This document shows positions 54,583-63,560 of a stretch of 64,000 nucleotides of DNA, piece after piece. The DNA lies in assembly GCA_027083925.1 (NCBI GenBank), contig JALWMK010000033.1:211-64210 (forward strand). The letters run 5' to 3'. The translations under genes and the position numbers were made by a program. The stretch's first letter is position 1. The number at the start of each line of letters is the position of its first letter. Source of the DNA: Sedimenticola sp. GTDB lineage: Bacteria > Pseudomonadota > Gammaproteobacteria > Chromatiales > Chromatiaceae. A model generated the notes under the pieces. That model was not told the DNA's origin. It ran no database searches and saw only the letters and a list, made by a program, of their open reading frames with translations.

Positions 54583-54945
54583 TCAGGCAAACCTCTTCTG
54601 CAGATAGGCAATGATCTCGCTGGATTCGTACAGCCAGGTAGCGCTGCCGTTTTTCGCTTCGATGCGCAGGCAGGGGACTTGCTGCTTGCCGCCCTGTTGC
54701 TCCAGTTCCTGGCGATATTCGGGATCGTTTTTTGCATCCCGCAATTCGATATTCAATCCCAGTCTGCGAATGGCGCGCCGGGTTTTTACGCAAAAGGGGC
54801 AGGCCGCATACTGGTAGATCGCCATGTTGGCGGTCTGCGCATCCAGTTGCGCCTGTTTCTCCGGGCTGTGTGCGGGTTTCCTGGGCTGGGTGAGCCAGTC
54901 GAAGAACAGAATGATGCGTCCCAGCAGCCAGCGTATGATGTCCAT
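54583..54945 (-). CDS. membrane-anchored glutaredoxin-family protein (CPFC)
   Basis: Starts at MDIIRWLL (TAATG overlap with the bolA stop). N-terminal helix, YAACPFCVKTR active site and a VPCL motif. Confidence 0.75.
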   Translation of the reverse strand: MDIIRWLLGRIILFFDWLTQPRKPAHSPEKQAQLDAQTANMAIYQYAACPFCVKTRRAIRRLGLNIELRDAKNDPEYRQELEQQGGKQQVPCLRIEAKNGSATWLYESSEIIAYLQKRFA

Positions 54946-55259
54946 TATTTTGCCCCTCCGCCCAGGCAGGGCGGTGAGTTGCGGGTATGGCCGTTCCTTT
55001 CCGACCACTCTTCCGGTGTCATGGTGTGCAGGGCCAGGGCATGAATGCCGCTGGCAAGCTCTTCCGCCAGGGCGGCATTGACCAGGCGGTGGCGCTGCAA
55101 CAGGGATTTGCCGCTGAACTGCTCGGAAACCACAGTCACCCTGTAATGTGATTCGGCATCTTCAGGGACATTGTGCATGTGGGTTTCGCTCAGTACTTCC
55201 AAATGCATGGGTGATAGTGCCTGTTGCAACTTGCGTTCAATGGTCTGTTGTCTGTTCAT
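54945..55259 (-). CDS. BolA family protein
   Basis: 104-aa ORF. HYRVTVVSEQFSGKSLLQRHRLVNAAL and IHALALHT signature. Confidence 0.85.
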   Translation of the reverse strand: MNRQQTIERKLQQALSPMHLEVLSETHMHNVPEDAESHYRVTVVSEQFSGKSLLQRHRLVNAALAEELASGIHALALHTMTPEEWSERNGHTRNSPPCLGGGAK

Positions 55260-55355
55260 GGGCGTATGGTGTCCCTGGATGCTCGTGATATCAACGGATA
55301 TTTTGTGTGCCTATATCCCATCCCGGAACAAGTGCACCGGGCCATGGGCAGGCTA

Positions 55356-55670
55356 TTATTTTTGGTCAGGCGCAAAACCGGGAAAAGTGGTGATATTGCT
55401 GCTATCCCCAACATCGAAAATCATGTTCTGTCCGCGTTTTTCCACCTCGTCGATGCGTATCACCGCATGCATGGGCACCAGAATGCGGCTGGTGCCGGAA
55501 AATTCGTCCTTGAGGCGCTCTTCTGCAGGATCGATCACCACGGAAGTGTGCTCATTGAACAGCAAACCGGTGATTTCCACGAAGCCATAAAGCTCTCCCT
55601 GGCTCACCTGTTCTGCATGGAGCTGGTATACCTTGCCCTGGTTGTGGAAGGAAATGCGGAATATGCGCAT
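55356..55670 (-). CDS. DUF1820-like small protein
   Basis: Starts at MRIFRISFHNQGKVY (55670). The longer track ORF's N-terminus overlaps hisI on the opposite strand and looks non-coding. Confidence 0.55.
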   Translation of the reverse strand: MRIFRISFHNQGKVYQLHAEQVSQGELYGFVEITGLLFNEHTSVVIDPAEERLKDEFSGTSRILVPMHAVIRIDEVEKRGQNMIFDVGDSSNITTFPGFAPDQK

Positions 55671-55806
55671 GAAATAAGTGGCCAGATGATGATTCGTCCG
55701 TCGATTATACCAATGTCGGGCCGCTGTCTGTGCTGTAGAATCCAGGAACCAACCATGATTGTGAGCGGCATATGTTTTTTGATAATAAAAAGGGCAGGGC
55801 TGCCGG

Positions 55807-56250
55807 ATGAGTGGCAGCGGATTCTGGAAAAAACTGGAAACGGCCCGCCCCGGTGATTCCGTTCCCTGGCCGCAGGTGCTGGAGCAGATTCCCTGGAATG
55901 CCGATGGTCTGATTCCGGCCATTGCACAGCAATATGATACGAGGGAGGTGCTGATGCTGGCCTGGATGAACCTGGAGGCGCTGGAGGAAACCCTGGAGAG
56001 AGGCAGGGTATGCTACTGGTCACGCTCACGTCAGCAACTATGGCGCAAGGGCGAATCTTCCGGTCAGGTTCAGAAACTCAGGGAAATGCGTTTCGATTGT
56101 GATGGTGACACCCTGCTGCTGCTGGTCGATCAAACCGGCCCCGCCTGCCATACGGGCAGGCGAACCTGCTTCTTTAACCGGCTGCAGGACGGCAAGCTGG
56201 TGGTGGACAAGCCCGTGCTCATCGACCCAAAAACACTTTACGGGAAGTAG
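55807..56250 (+). CDS. hisI: phosphoribosyl-AMP cyclohydrolase (monofunctional HisI)
   Basis: 147-aa ORF. GLIPAIAQ, WSRSRQQLWRKGESSG and DCDGDTLL...GPACHTG motifs. Confidence 0.9.
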   Translation: MSGSGFWKKLETARPGDSVPWPQVLEQIPWNADGLIPAIAQQYDTREVLMLAWMNLEALEETLERGRVCYWSRSRQQLWRKGESSGQVQKLREMRFDCDGDTLLLLVDQTGPACHTGRRTCFFNRLQDGKLVVDKPVLIDPKTLYGK

Positions 56251-56252
56251 CC

Positions 56253-57032
56253 ATGCCTGAGGTAATTCCATTACCGGCTTTTGATGACAATTACATCTGG
56301 CTGCTGAGGCGGGAGGCTGTGGCAACCTGCGCAGTGGTTGATCCTGGTGATGAAGATCCGGTCATTGCATACTGCCGGACCCATGGCTTGCAGTTGTCTG
56401 CCATTCTGATCACCCACAAGCACAGTGACCATACCGGGGGTGTACAGGAGTTGAAGCGGTGCTGGCCTCAGGCGGTGGTATACGGCCCCGCTCACGAATC
56501 GGTAACCGGAGTGGAAAAAAAACTCACAGAGGGAGACGGCATTGTGCTGCAGGATTTGCAGTTTGCATTGCAGGTGCTGGATGTGCCTGGCCATACGGAA
56601 GGGCATGTTGCATACCATGGAGAAAACCTGCTGTTCTGCGGGGACACCCTGTTTGCCGGTGGTTGCGGGCGGGTGTTTGGCGGCAGCTTCGAACAACTGA
56701 GCGATTCCCTGCGGCGGATTGCCGCCCTGCCCCCGTCAACCCAGGTGCATTGCGCCCACGAATACACCCTGGCCAATCTGGGGTTTGCCAAATGGGTGGA
56801 GCCGGAAAATCCGGTATTGCTCAAGCGCATCCAGCAGGATCGGGACAAAAGGGCGCGAGGGCTGCCGACAGTTCCTTCTTCCCTGGCGCTGGAGCTGGCG
56901 ACCAATCCTTTTTTACGCACGGATGAGCCAGCAGTGATAAAAGCCGCAGAAAAATGGGCCGGCAAACCCCTTTGTGGACATCGGCAGGTGTTCAAGGCGT
57001 TGCGCCAATGGAAAGACAGGGATTACGATTGA
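56253..57032 (+). CDS. gloB: hydroxyacylglutathione hydrolase (glyoxalase II)
   Basis: 259-aa ORF. DNYIWLL, THKHSDHTGG and NPFLR motifs. Confidence 0.9.
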   Translation: MPEVIPLPAFDDNYIWLLRREAVATCAVVDPGDEDPVIAYCRTHGLQLSAILITHKHSDHTGGVQELKRCWPQAVVYGPAHESVTGVEKKLTEGDGIVLQDLQFALQVLDVPGHTEGHVAYHGENLLFCGDTLFAGGCGRVFGGSFEQLSDSLRRIAALPPSTQVHCAHEYTLANLGFAKWVEPENPVLLKRIQQDRDKRARGLPTVPSSLALELATNPFLRTDEPAVIKAAEKWAGKPLCGHRQVFKALRQWKDRDYD

Positions 57033-57056
57033 GCAGGTACAATGTTTCCAGACATA

Positions 57057-57227
57057 AGGGCACCTCTATTAATTCATGATCGGCATCTACGCACATGAGG
57101 GCAGCGAGAACAAGGTGAATTGCGCTTGCGCAAGAGAAGCTGCCTTGGGGCATTTGCTGCGATCTTCGTCTTGTTCTCACTGCCCTCATGCACGAATCTG
57201 CTCAAACAGAATGAATAGAGGTGCCCT
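57057..57227. repeat. 171-bp nested palindrome in the convergent intergenic region
   Basis: Outer arms AGGGCACCTCTATT..CAT (57057-57077) / ATGAATAGAGGTGCCCT (57211-57227). Inner 21-bp arms CATGAGGGCAGCGAGAACAAG (57094-57114) / CTTGTTCTCACTGCCCTCATG (57170-57190), 20/21 complementary. Confidence 0.8.
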
Positions 57228-57294
57228 GAATTAAGACGAACAGTAACAAAGCCCCATTCAGAGGCCGCTGAGTGAGGCTTTGCTACTGCTCGTC

Positions 57295-58140
57295 TTAGCA
57301 TGCAGGGGTTTCGCTGATCGCTCCCTTGCCTATGCCCTCAAAAGCCCGCACAAAAAATCTGTCCTGGGGGAATTCATGTTCCAGTATTTCACGGATATGG
57401 CGGGCAATGTTCTCCACGGTAGATTCTGTATCAACCAGGTAACAGCGATCTGCGGGCAGCTCCAGCTCGAATTGTCCCTGTTCCGCTGTGTAGGAAAAAC
57501 GGAAGCAGGTTTGATCATTGTGTGAAGTAATGGCAACCATATCCTCTTCCATACCGATATAGGTGTCCCGGAACTGCGCCGCCCAGCGTTTTTCCTGCAC
57601 AGGATCCGCCTTTCCGTTGCGCAGAATCTGTATTCGTGAGCGGTGGCCGTGGGCAATGCGCTGGCAGTTGCCGCAATGTTGCTTCAGGCCATGGCTGTAT
57701 TGGTAGAATTCGCCCTGGATTGTTTCGGGGGCAAGCCTGAGGGTCATGGATTGGATATTCCCGGGCAGGGTGGGGAACAGCGCATGGTGAATGGCCAGGG
57801 CTACGTTTTCCGTGGTAATTTCGGCTCCTGCAATGAACTGCACTGCTTCCGGCGGCCCCTGATGGCGGATGCGGTTGCCGTTGTCCAGGTGAAATACCAG
57901 GCAGTCGCCGCGGATCTCAAGGCCGGGGGCATCTGCCGGCAGCAGCAGGCGGTGATCGAAGCTGGCGTCGATGAGCGCCTTGAGCTGGTGTTTGACTTCG
58001 GAAAAATCCACCACCATACCCTGTGCGTCCAGGCCGCCCTGCAATTCGATATCCACCTGCCAGCTTTCCCCCACCAGCCCCCGCGCAGAATGCAGGTAGG
58101 AAAAATCAAGAACGGTGAGCTGGTTGACGAACAGGCGCAT
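57295..58140 (-). CDS. two-domain 6-pyruvoyl-tetrahydropterin synthase/QueD-family protein
   Basis: 281-aa ORF. The second half has the PTPS metal/catalytic pattern YSHGL..HCGNCQRIAHGH. The first half is PTPS-like but lacks the His triad. Confidence 0.7.
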   Translation of the reverse strand: MRLFVNQLTVLDFSYLHSARGLVGESWQVDIELQGGLDAQGMVVDFSEVKHQLKALIDASFDHRLLLPADAPGLEIRGDCLVFHLDNGNRIRHQGPPEAVQFIAGAEITTENVALAIHHALFPTLPGNIQSMTLRLAPETIQGEFYQYSHGLKQHCGNCQRIAHGHRSRIQILRNGKADPVQEKRWAAQFRDTYIGMEEDMVAITSHNDQTCFRFSYTAEQGQFELELPADRCYLVDTESTVENIARHIREILEHEFPQDRFFVRAFEGIGKGAISETPAC

Positions 58141-58328
58141 GGGCTTGGTAGTGCGGAATGGGGGTGGTCTGTATTATCCCTGAAGCGGGATGAGGAAGAC
58201 ACTGTTTCGATAACCCGGCCCAATGGCAGGAATACGGCTCCCGCACATCAATGTGCTCGCAGCATAAGCACGTTCCCGTGCAAAAAAGAAGGCACCTGTT
58301 CCGGTTGGAGACCGTGCACGGGTTAATA

Positions 58329-60095
58329 CTAGCTGGCGATTCCGGGATTTCCCTTCACACCAATCAATAGTGGGGTGTTGAGTTTTTTTACCTTCACCGT
58401 ACCCTGTTCTTTCAGGTAGTCGGCAACCACGTCCCAAATCGGGCGGCCCGGCGATTTGGAACCTACGGTAGCCCAGCCGGAAACCATGTATTTCTTCTGG
58501 GCCTCGATTTTGCTGCCGTTGTCCAGGGTCATGTTGGTGATGCGCTTGCCCATGGTCTGTCCGGGTTCACACACATAGTCCAGCCCGCCAAGCCGCACCA
58601 TGTCACCTCCCTGCTGGTAGTAGGGGTCGGGATTGAACAGGTTGTCAGCTACATCTTCCAAAATGGCCTTGATCTCCTCGCCGCTCATTTCCCGGCGATA
58701 GGTTTCCGGGTAGGTGATGCAGGTCTGATCCATGACATGATCCATGGTGATGTCCTGACCGGGCAATACGCTGGTGCCCCAGCGGAAGCCGGGAGACAGG
58801 GAGATCTGGGTGTCGTTGATTTTGTTCAGGGCATCGCAGATGATCTGATCGAAGCTGCCGTTGAAGTTGCCGCGGCGGTACAGGGTCTCTCCGGCCACGG
58901 CCAGCTTCTTCTCCAGCTTGTCTTTGTAGGGCGCGCGCACCTTGTCGATATAGGTCTGCATATCCTTGTCTGCTTCGAGCAGGTTGGAGAATACGGGCAC
59001 CAGACGATAGCGGTAGTCCTTGAGCCTGCCCTTGCGGACATCCAGATCCATAACCGCCAGGAACTTGCCGTTGGAGCCGGCGTTGGTCACCAGGGTTTTG
59101 CCGCCCTTGTTGCTGATCTCCACGGGACGGGGTACGCCATCATGGGTGTGGCCGCCAAAGATAACGTCGATGCCGCTGACGCGGGAGGCCATTTTCAGAT
59201 CCACATCCATACCGTTGTGAGAGATGACCACTACAAGATCCGGCTTTTCGGTTTCTCGTACCTGATTGACCATGCTTTGCATGCGCGCATCCTGGATGCC
59301 GAAGGTCCAGTCAGGAATGAAGCGCTGCGGGTTGGCGATAGGCGTGTAGGGGAAAGCCTGGCCGATTACCGCCACACGCATGCCATTGATGGATTTCATG
59401 GTGTAGGGCTTGAACGCCAGGCCGCTGTCCTCATCGAATCCGGAAAAATCAGGGAAGCGATAATCGAAAAGCGCTTCTTCGTTTACGCTCACGTTCTGGG
59501 CCACAAATTCACCTTTGAAATCACCAATATTGGTGATGATTTCCTTGTCCAGATAGGTGAACTCCCAATGGCCGGTCATGACATCCACGCCAAGGAGGTT
59601 GCAGGCCCCGACCATGTCCTTGCCGCGGGTCCAGTATGCGGTGCCGGAACCCTGCCAGGTATCACCGCCATCGAGCAGAATGCTGTTGCCGTCCCCACGT
59701 TCGGCGCGCAGGCGCTTCACCAGGGTGGCAAGATGGGAAAAGCCGCCAACCTTGCCATATTTCCTTGCCGCATTATCAAAATCCAGGTAGGTAAAGGCGT
59801 GGGATTCGATGCTTCCAGGAGTAATGTCAAAATGCTGCAGAAAATTCTTGCCCACAATATGGGGGGCTTTTCCCCTGGCGGGGCCGATGCCGAGATTGAC
59901 GCTGGGTTCGCGGAAATAAACCGGATTCAGCTGCGCATGGCAATCTGTCATGTGCATCAGGCACAGGTTGCCGAATTTTGGTATTTCGTACAGATCCGAG
60001 GGCTTTTTTGCCGCTGCAAAAGCTGATCCGGGAAGCATGCCGGCAGCGCCTGCCAGTCCCATCAACTGTACAAATTCTCGTCTTGATATGGTCAT
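58329..60095 (-). CDS. soxB: thiosulfohydrolase SoxB (Tat-exported, dimanganese metallophosphoesterase + 5'-nucleotidase C domain)
   Basis: 588-aa ORF. Twin-arginine SRREFVQL, plus HMTDCHAQ, GGDTWQGS and GHTHD motifs. Confidence 0.95.
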   Translation of the reverse strand: MTISRREFVQLMGLAGAAGMLPGSAFAAAKKPSDLYEIPKFGNLCLMHMTDCHAQLNPVYFREPSVNLGIGPARGKAPHIVGKNFLQHFDITPGSIESHAFTYLDFDNAARKYGKVGGFSHLATLVKRLRAERGDGNSILLDGGDTWQGSGTAYWTRGKDMVGACNLLGVDVMTGHWEFTYLDKEIITNIGDFKGEFVAQNVSVNEEALFDYRFPDFSGFDEDSGLAFKPYTMKSINGMRVAVIGQAFPYTPIANPQRFIPDWTFGIQDARMQSMVNQVRETEKPDLVVVISHNGMDVDLKMASRVSGIDVIFGGHTHDGVPRPVEISNKGGKTLVTNAGSNGKFLAVMDLDVRKGRLKDYRYRLVPVFSNLLEADKDMQTYIDKVRAPYKDKLEKKLAVAGETLYRRGNFNGSFDQIICDALNKINDTQISLSPGFRWGTSVLPGQDITMDHVMDQTCITYPETYRREMSGEEIKAILEDVADNLFNPDPYYQQGGDMVRLGGLDYVCEPGQTMGKRITNMTLDNGSKIEAQKKYMVSGWATVGSKSPGRPIWDVVADYLKEQGTVKVKKLNTPLLIGVKGNPGIAS

Positions 60096-60196
60096 CGGGA
60101 ATATCCTGTGAGTGACCCTGAACCTGAGGGTTCAGGAGTAACAGAAAAGTATGCCCTTCTCCACAGGGAAAAGGGCACTGGACGAGCAGAAGAAAA

Positions 60197-60511
60197 TCAG
60201 CGGATCTTGGCGCTTAGGGAGTCGCCATTACCCTGGTTGTCTTTCCACGCAAGCTCAATGGTGTCATCTTTGTTACCGCCTTTGAACTTGAATGCCAGAT
60301 AGGGGTTTTTGGAAACCGCGCCGCCCCACTCACAGTTGATGACTTCCTTGCCATTGTGCTTGCATACCACTTCCTGGATGAAGTTGGCGGGGATCATTTC
60401 GCCGGTTTTCTTGTTCTTGCGCAAACCGGTTTCCATGGGGTGGGTGATCAATGCCTTGACCGTGGTGACGCCATTTTTCGCCTTTGCGCGAATCTTGATG
60501 GTTTTAGCCAT
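60197..60511 (-). CDS. soxZ: sulfur-carrier complex subunit SoxZ
   Basis: Starts at MAKTIKIRAK (SD AGAGG). HPMETGLRK and NPYLAFKF motifs. Directly follows soxY. Confidence 0.9.
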   Translation of the reverse strand: MAKTIKIRAKAKNGVTTVKALITHPMETGLRKNKKTGEMIPANFIQEVVCKHNGKEVINCEWGGAVSKNPYLAFKFKGGNKDDTIELAWKDNQGNGDSLSAKIR

Positions 60512-60533
60512 TTGAATATGCCTCTTGATTTGA

Positions 60534-61004
60534 TCAGCCGCCGCAGCCGCCAATGGTGACTTTTACGCCTTTGCGCGCCGAAAACAGTTTGCCATTTGCC
60601 TTGACCACAGCGATGACATCGCTGGTTTTGCCCATTTTTACGCGGGTGGAGACATCAGGCAATGAGCCTTTGGGGAGATGGAAGACGGCTGCCAGGGGGC
60701 TGGCATTTTTTTCCACCAGCAAGGTGATGGATTCGACGCCATCCATATTGGTGGAAACGGATACGGGCACCACGGCGCCGTTTTCGGCAATATCTGGCGC
60801 CTTGATGGTGATGTCCTTGGACGGCGTGGTGACGGGGTCGCCGACAACTCCGGCAATGGCTTCATCGATGTTTTTCGAGGTGAAGGCGTTCTTGTTCCAG
60901 GCGGCCAGTACGGCGCCCGGGGTGAGCAGGCCGGCAGCTGCGCCGAGGGTTCCTGCTGCCAGCGATCCCTTGAGGAATACGCGGCGTTTTTGATTAAGAC
61001 TCAT
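60534..61004 (-). CDS. soxY: sulfur-carrier protein SoxY (Tat signal, C-terminal GGCGG)
   Basis: 156-aa ORF. RRVFLKG twin-arginine motif and the invariant C-terminal VTIGGCGG. Confidence 0.9.
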   Translation of the reverse strand: MSLNQKRRVFLKGSLAAGTLGAAAGLLTPGAVLAAWNKNAFTSKNIDEAIAGVVGDPVTTPSKDITIKAPDIAENGAVVPVSVSTNMDGVESITLLVEKNASPLAAVFHLPKGSLPDVSTRVKMGKTSDVIAVVKANGKLFSARKGVKVTIGGCGG

Positions 61005-61052
61005 AATAGCTTCTCCAGTATTTTAATGATTGGGTCTTTTGATGTCGGTTGA

Positions 61053-61382
61053 TCAGAAGCGTGGGCCAGCGTTTTTCTGCTCCATGGCTTGTTTGTAGCC
61101 GGCCTCTGCCTGGAATGTTGCAATTTCCAGCAGCTTGAGCGCCTTTTTGTAATCCCCGGCTTCTGCAGCCTTGATGGCGCTGGGCAGATACTTTTTCTTG
61201 GATTTTTTCCAGCGGATATCCCGCCATTCTCCGTCAACGGCGGCTGCTTTCTCGACGGCGGCCTGCGCATTTTTCAGGGCAACCTCATACTGGGCCTTCA
61301 TGCTGGCGGGTTTTTCCGGTGTGGTGGCGTTGCAACCTGTGATCAACAAGGCCAAGCCAAATGCTGTGATTAGTTTTTTCAT
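61053..61382 (-). CDS. small lipoprotein between soxA and soxY (SoxK/SoxAX-binding-protein-like by position)
   Basis: 109-aa ORF with the lipobox LITGC. The SoxK assignment rests only on size and position after soxA. Confidence 0.6.
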   Translation of the reverse strand: MKKLITAFGLALLITGCNATTPEKPASMKAQYEVALKNAQAAVEKAAAVDGEWRDIRWKKSKKKYLPSAIKAAEAGDYKKALKLLEIATFQAEAGYKQAMEQKNAGPRF

Positions 61383-61397
61383 TTGTTCGTCTCCCCG

Positions 61398-62252
61398 TTA
61401 CTCACGGTAACCTGGTGCGTTGATTGCCAGGCCATTTGACATATAGGTGTGAAAGAATTCCAGATTGCGGTATTGCCTGCTTTGCGCCTTGAAAGGACGG
61501 GCGCGAACCTGCTTGTTGCAGCCGCCATAGCGCCGGTGCAGCGTACCCATGCCGTCACCGTTGGCCGCTGCTTTTGACCATTTGGCGCGGAACACCGGGA
61601 AATGTGTGGTTTGTCCCAGCCCGGTGCTCAGCAGCTGGCCGCGAACGCGATGGCCAGGATACTGGATATGGCAATCTGCGCAGGCCAGGTTCAGTTGGCC
61701 ACGCTTGGCGTAGTAGAAGTGCTTGCCTTCTTCATAGGCTTCCAGCGCCTTGGGATCGTCGGGGATAACCACGTTGATTTTCTGGCCCCGGGCCTCATAG
61801 CCGAGGAAAGCGCCCAGATGGGCGATTTTGCCTTTCTTCCAGCCAAAGGGCTTTTCACCATTATCTTTCAGGCATTTGTTGATGTCGCCCTCCAGGGTGA
61901 CCACCTGGCTGCTGGCCTTGTCCCAGTGGGGATACTTCACGCGAACTTTCGATGGATCCTTGCCGAAGCAGCTGGCGAAACTCTTGCCGTTCCTGAACGG
62001 GGTTTCCCAGATTTCACGACCTTTGTCTATATAGTCTTCATAGGGAGGAAATTCCTCCATGGATTCCCATTGCAGGCGCTTGCTGGCATCCAGGGCATAG
62101 GGACCATTGCCAAAGTCGTCCAGCTGGATGCCGGGGAAGCGTTGCTCATAATAGGTCTGGAATTTTTCCAGATCTTCCTTTGGACTGGATAGTGCCTGGG
62201 TTGCAGTTGCCACCAAGCCGGCAGAAAGCAACAGGGTTAGGATTTTCTTCAT
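61398..62252 (-). CDS. soxA: sulfur oxidation c-type cytochrome SoxA (monohaem type)
   Basis: 284-aa ORF with a signal peptide, a single CADCH, and a conserved Cys region (GGCNKQVR) downstream. Confidence 0.9.
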   Translation of the reverse strand: MKKILTLLLSAGLVATATQALSSPKEDLEKFQTYYEQRFPGIQLDDFGNGPYALDASKRLQWESMEEFPPYEDYIDKGREIWETPFRNGKSFASCFGKDPSKVRVKYPHWDKASSQVVTLEGDINKCLKDNGEKPFGWKKGKIAHLGAFLGYEARGQKINVVIPDDPKALEAYEEGKHFYYAKRGQLNLACADCHIQYPGHRVRGQLLSTGLGQTTHFPVFRAKWSKAAANGDGMGTLHRRYGGCNKQVRARPFKAQSRQYRNLEFFHTYMSNGLAINAPGYRE

Positions 62253-62277
62253 GATTTCTGTCCTCTTGCGTCCGCTG

Positions 62278-62637
62278 TTACAGACTGTAGATGTAATCGG
62301 TCACCAGATCGACTTCCTTCTCGGAAAGGATCCTGTGGCGACCCAGGGGTGGCATGATGCTATGGGGGTTGATCGCCGTGGCATCCCAGATCTGGGCGCG
62401 CAGCTTGGCTTTGTCTGGAAAACGGCTTTTCATGGCGACCAGGGGCGGGCCGATGTTGCCTGGCAGGGTGCCGCCTTCGATATGGTGACAGGTCAGGCAG
62501 TTACCTTTTGATCGGTCAAAGGCAATTTTCTTGCCAGCTTCCAAATCGGCTGCGCTGGCCTGGGCGGACAATACCAGCCCGATGCACAGGGCCAGGGCAG
62601 TGGCTGTGGGGCCAAGCCTTTTGGTAAGTTTCGTCAT
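62278..62637 (-). CDS. soxX: sulfur oxidation c-type cytochrome SoxX
   Basis: Starts at MTKLTKRLG (SD GGAGG) with a signal peptide. CLTCHH haem motif. Confidence 0.85.
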   Translation of the reverse strand: MTKLTKRLGPTATALALCIGLVLSAQASAADLEAGKKIAFDRSKGNCLTCHHIEGGTLPGNIGPPLVAMKSRFPDKAKLRAQIWDATAINPHSIMPPLGRHRILSEKEVDLVTDYIYSL

Positions 62638-62930
62638 TACATCCTCCAGGGATAAATTTGGACTCTTGTCACAGTGCACTCTGCTGGTTGCCTGATTTCA
62701 GGCTGAAGCCAAGGAGCCTCCTGTGGGTTGGGTGCAGGCATCTCTGTGCCCGGAGGGCCGGATTGATACCTGGCGTGTCTGCCATATCTTCTTGAATGGA
62801 TAATTACACTGGCATGAAGAAAGTATGCATAGCCCCAAGGGGTAAGGAAATTGGCAGATACAGGAAAATTACTTGGGGTTTTCCCTAATGTGTTTGCTGA
62901 TTTGCATGAACTGGCCCACAGGAATGGAGT

Positions 62931-63560
62931 CTACCCGGTATCTCTGCTGCTATCTTCCAGGGACAACACCATGCGCATCAGATCAGAAAGGCTCTGCGCC
63001 TGCATTTTCTCCATGACCTTGGCACGGTGGGCTTCTACAGTGGACTGGCTCACTGACAGTTCCAGCGCGATGGCCTTGTTGCGCTTGCCTGCCACCACCA
63101 TCTTCATCACCTGCTGTTCTCTGGGGGTTAGCGAGGCCAGCCGGGATTGCACTTCCGCCAGCTTGCTGGCCCGTCCGCGCTGTCTTGCATCGAGATCCAG
63201 GGCGCGATGAACGCTGTCCAGCAAGGCCTGATCATTGAAGGGTTTTTCGATGAAATCCACGGCGCCTGCCTGTACTGCCCGCACTGCCATGGGAACGTCT
63301 CCATGGCCGGTAATGACGATTACCGGAGGGTGAACAGCTTCGGTGGCGAGGCGCGCCTGCAGTTCCAGCCCGCTCATGCCGGGCATGCGCACATCCAGTA
63401 CCAGGCAGCCCGGCGCTTCCGGGTCGAACTGTTTGAGGTAGGTGTTCGCGGAAGGGTAGGCCTGAACCTTCAGGCCCACGGACTCCATCAGCAGGGCCAA
63501 TGCCTGGCGAACCTGGGTATCGTCATCGACAATGAAAACGGTGCTGGCATTAGCGTTCAT
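62931..63560 (-). CDS. FixJ/NarL-family response regulator (receiver + LuxR HTH)
   Basis: 209-aa ORF. FIVDDD, LDVRMPGMSG and LTPREQQVMKMVVAGKRNKAIALELSVSQSTVEAHR. Confidence 0.85.
   Translation of the reverse strand: MNANASTVFIVDDDTQVRQALALLMESVGLKVQAYPSANTYLKQFDPEAPGCLVLDVRMPGMSGLELQARLATEAVHPPVIVITGHGDVPMAVRAVQAGAVDFIEKPFNDQALLDSVHRALDLDARQRGRASKLAEVQSRLASLTPREQQVMKMVVAGKRNKAIALELSVSQSTVEAHRAKVMEKMQAQSLSDLMRMVLSLEDSSRDTG

Noticed and set aside
57074-57301. 75-aa minus-strand ORF inside the 171-bp nested palindrome
   Set aside because: It is an open frame created by the palindrome. It has no SD and overlaps the stop region of the PTPS-family gene.
58141-58328. Possible preQ1-type riboswitch or other leader upstream of the QueD/PTPS-family gene
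   Set aside because: I read the minus strand and found only short stems (CCCGTGCA/TGCACGGG, GCACG/CGTGC) compatible with soxB termination. Nothing resembles the preQ1 aptamer consensus as I recall it.
58737-60026. 429-aa plus-strand ORF antisense to soxB
   Set aside because: soxB on the minus strand is unambiguous (Tat signal, metallophosphoesterase motifs). The antisense product has no motifs.
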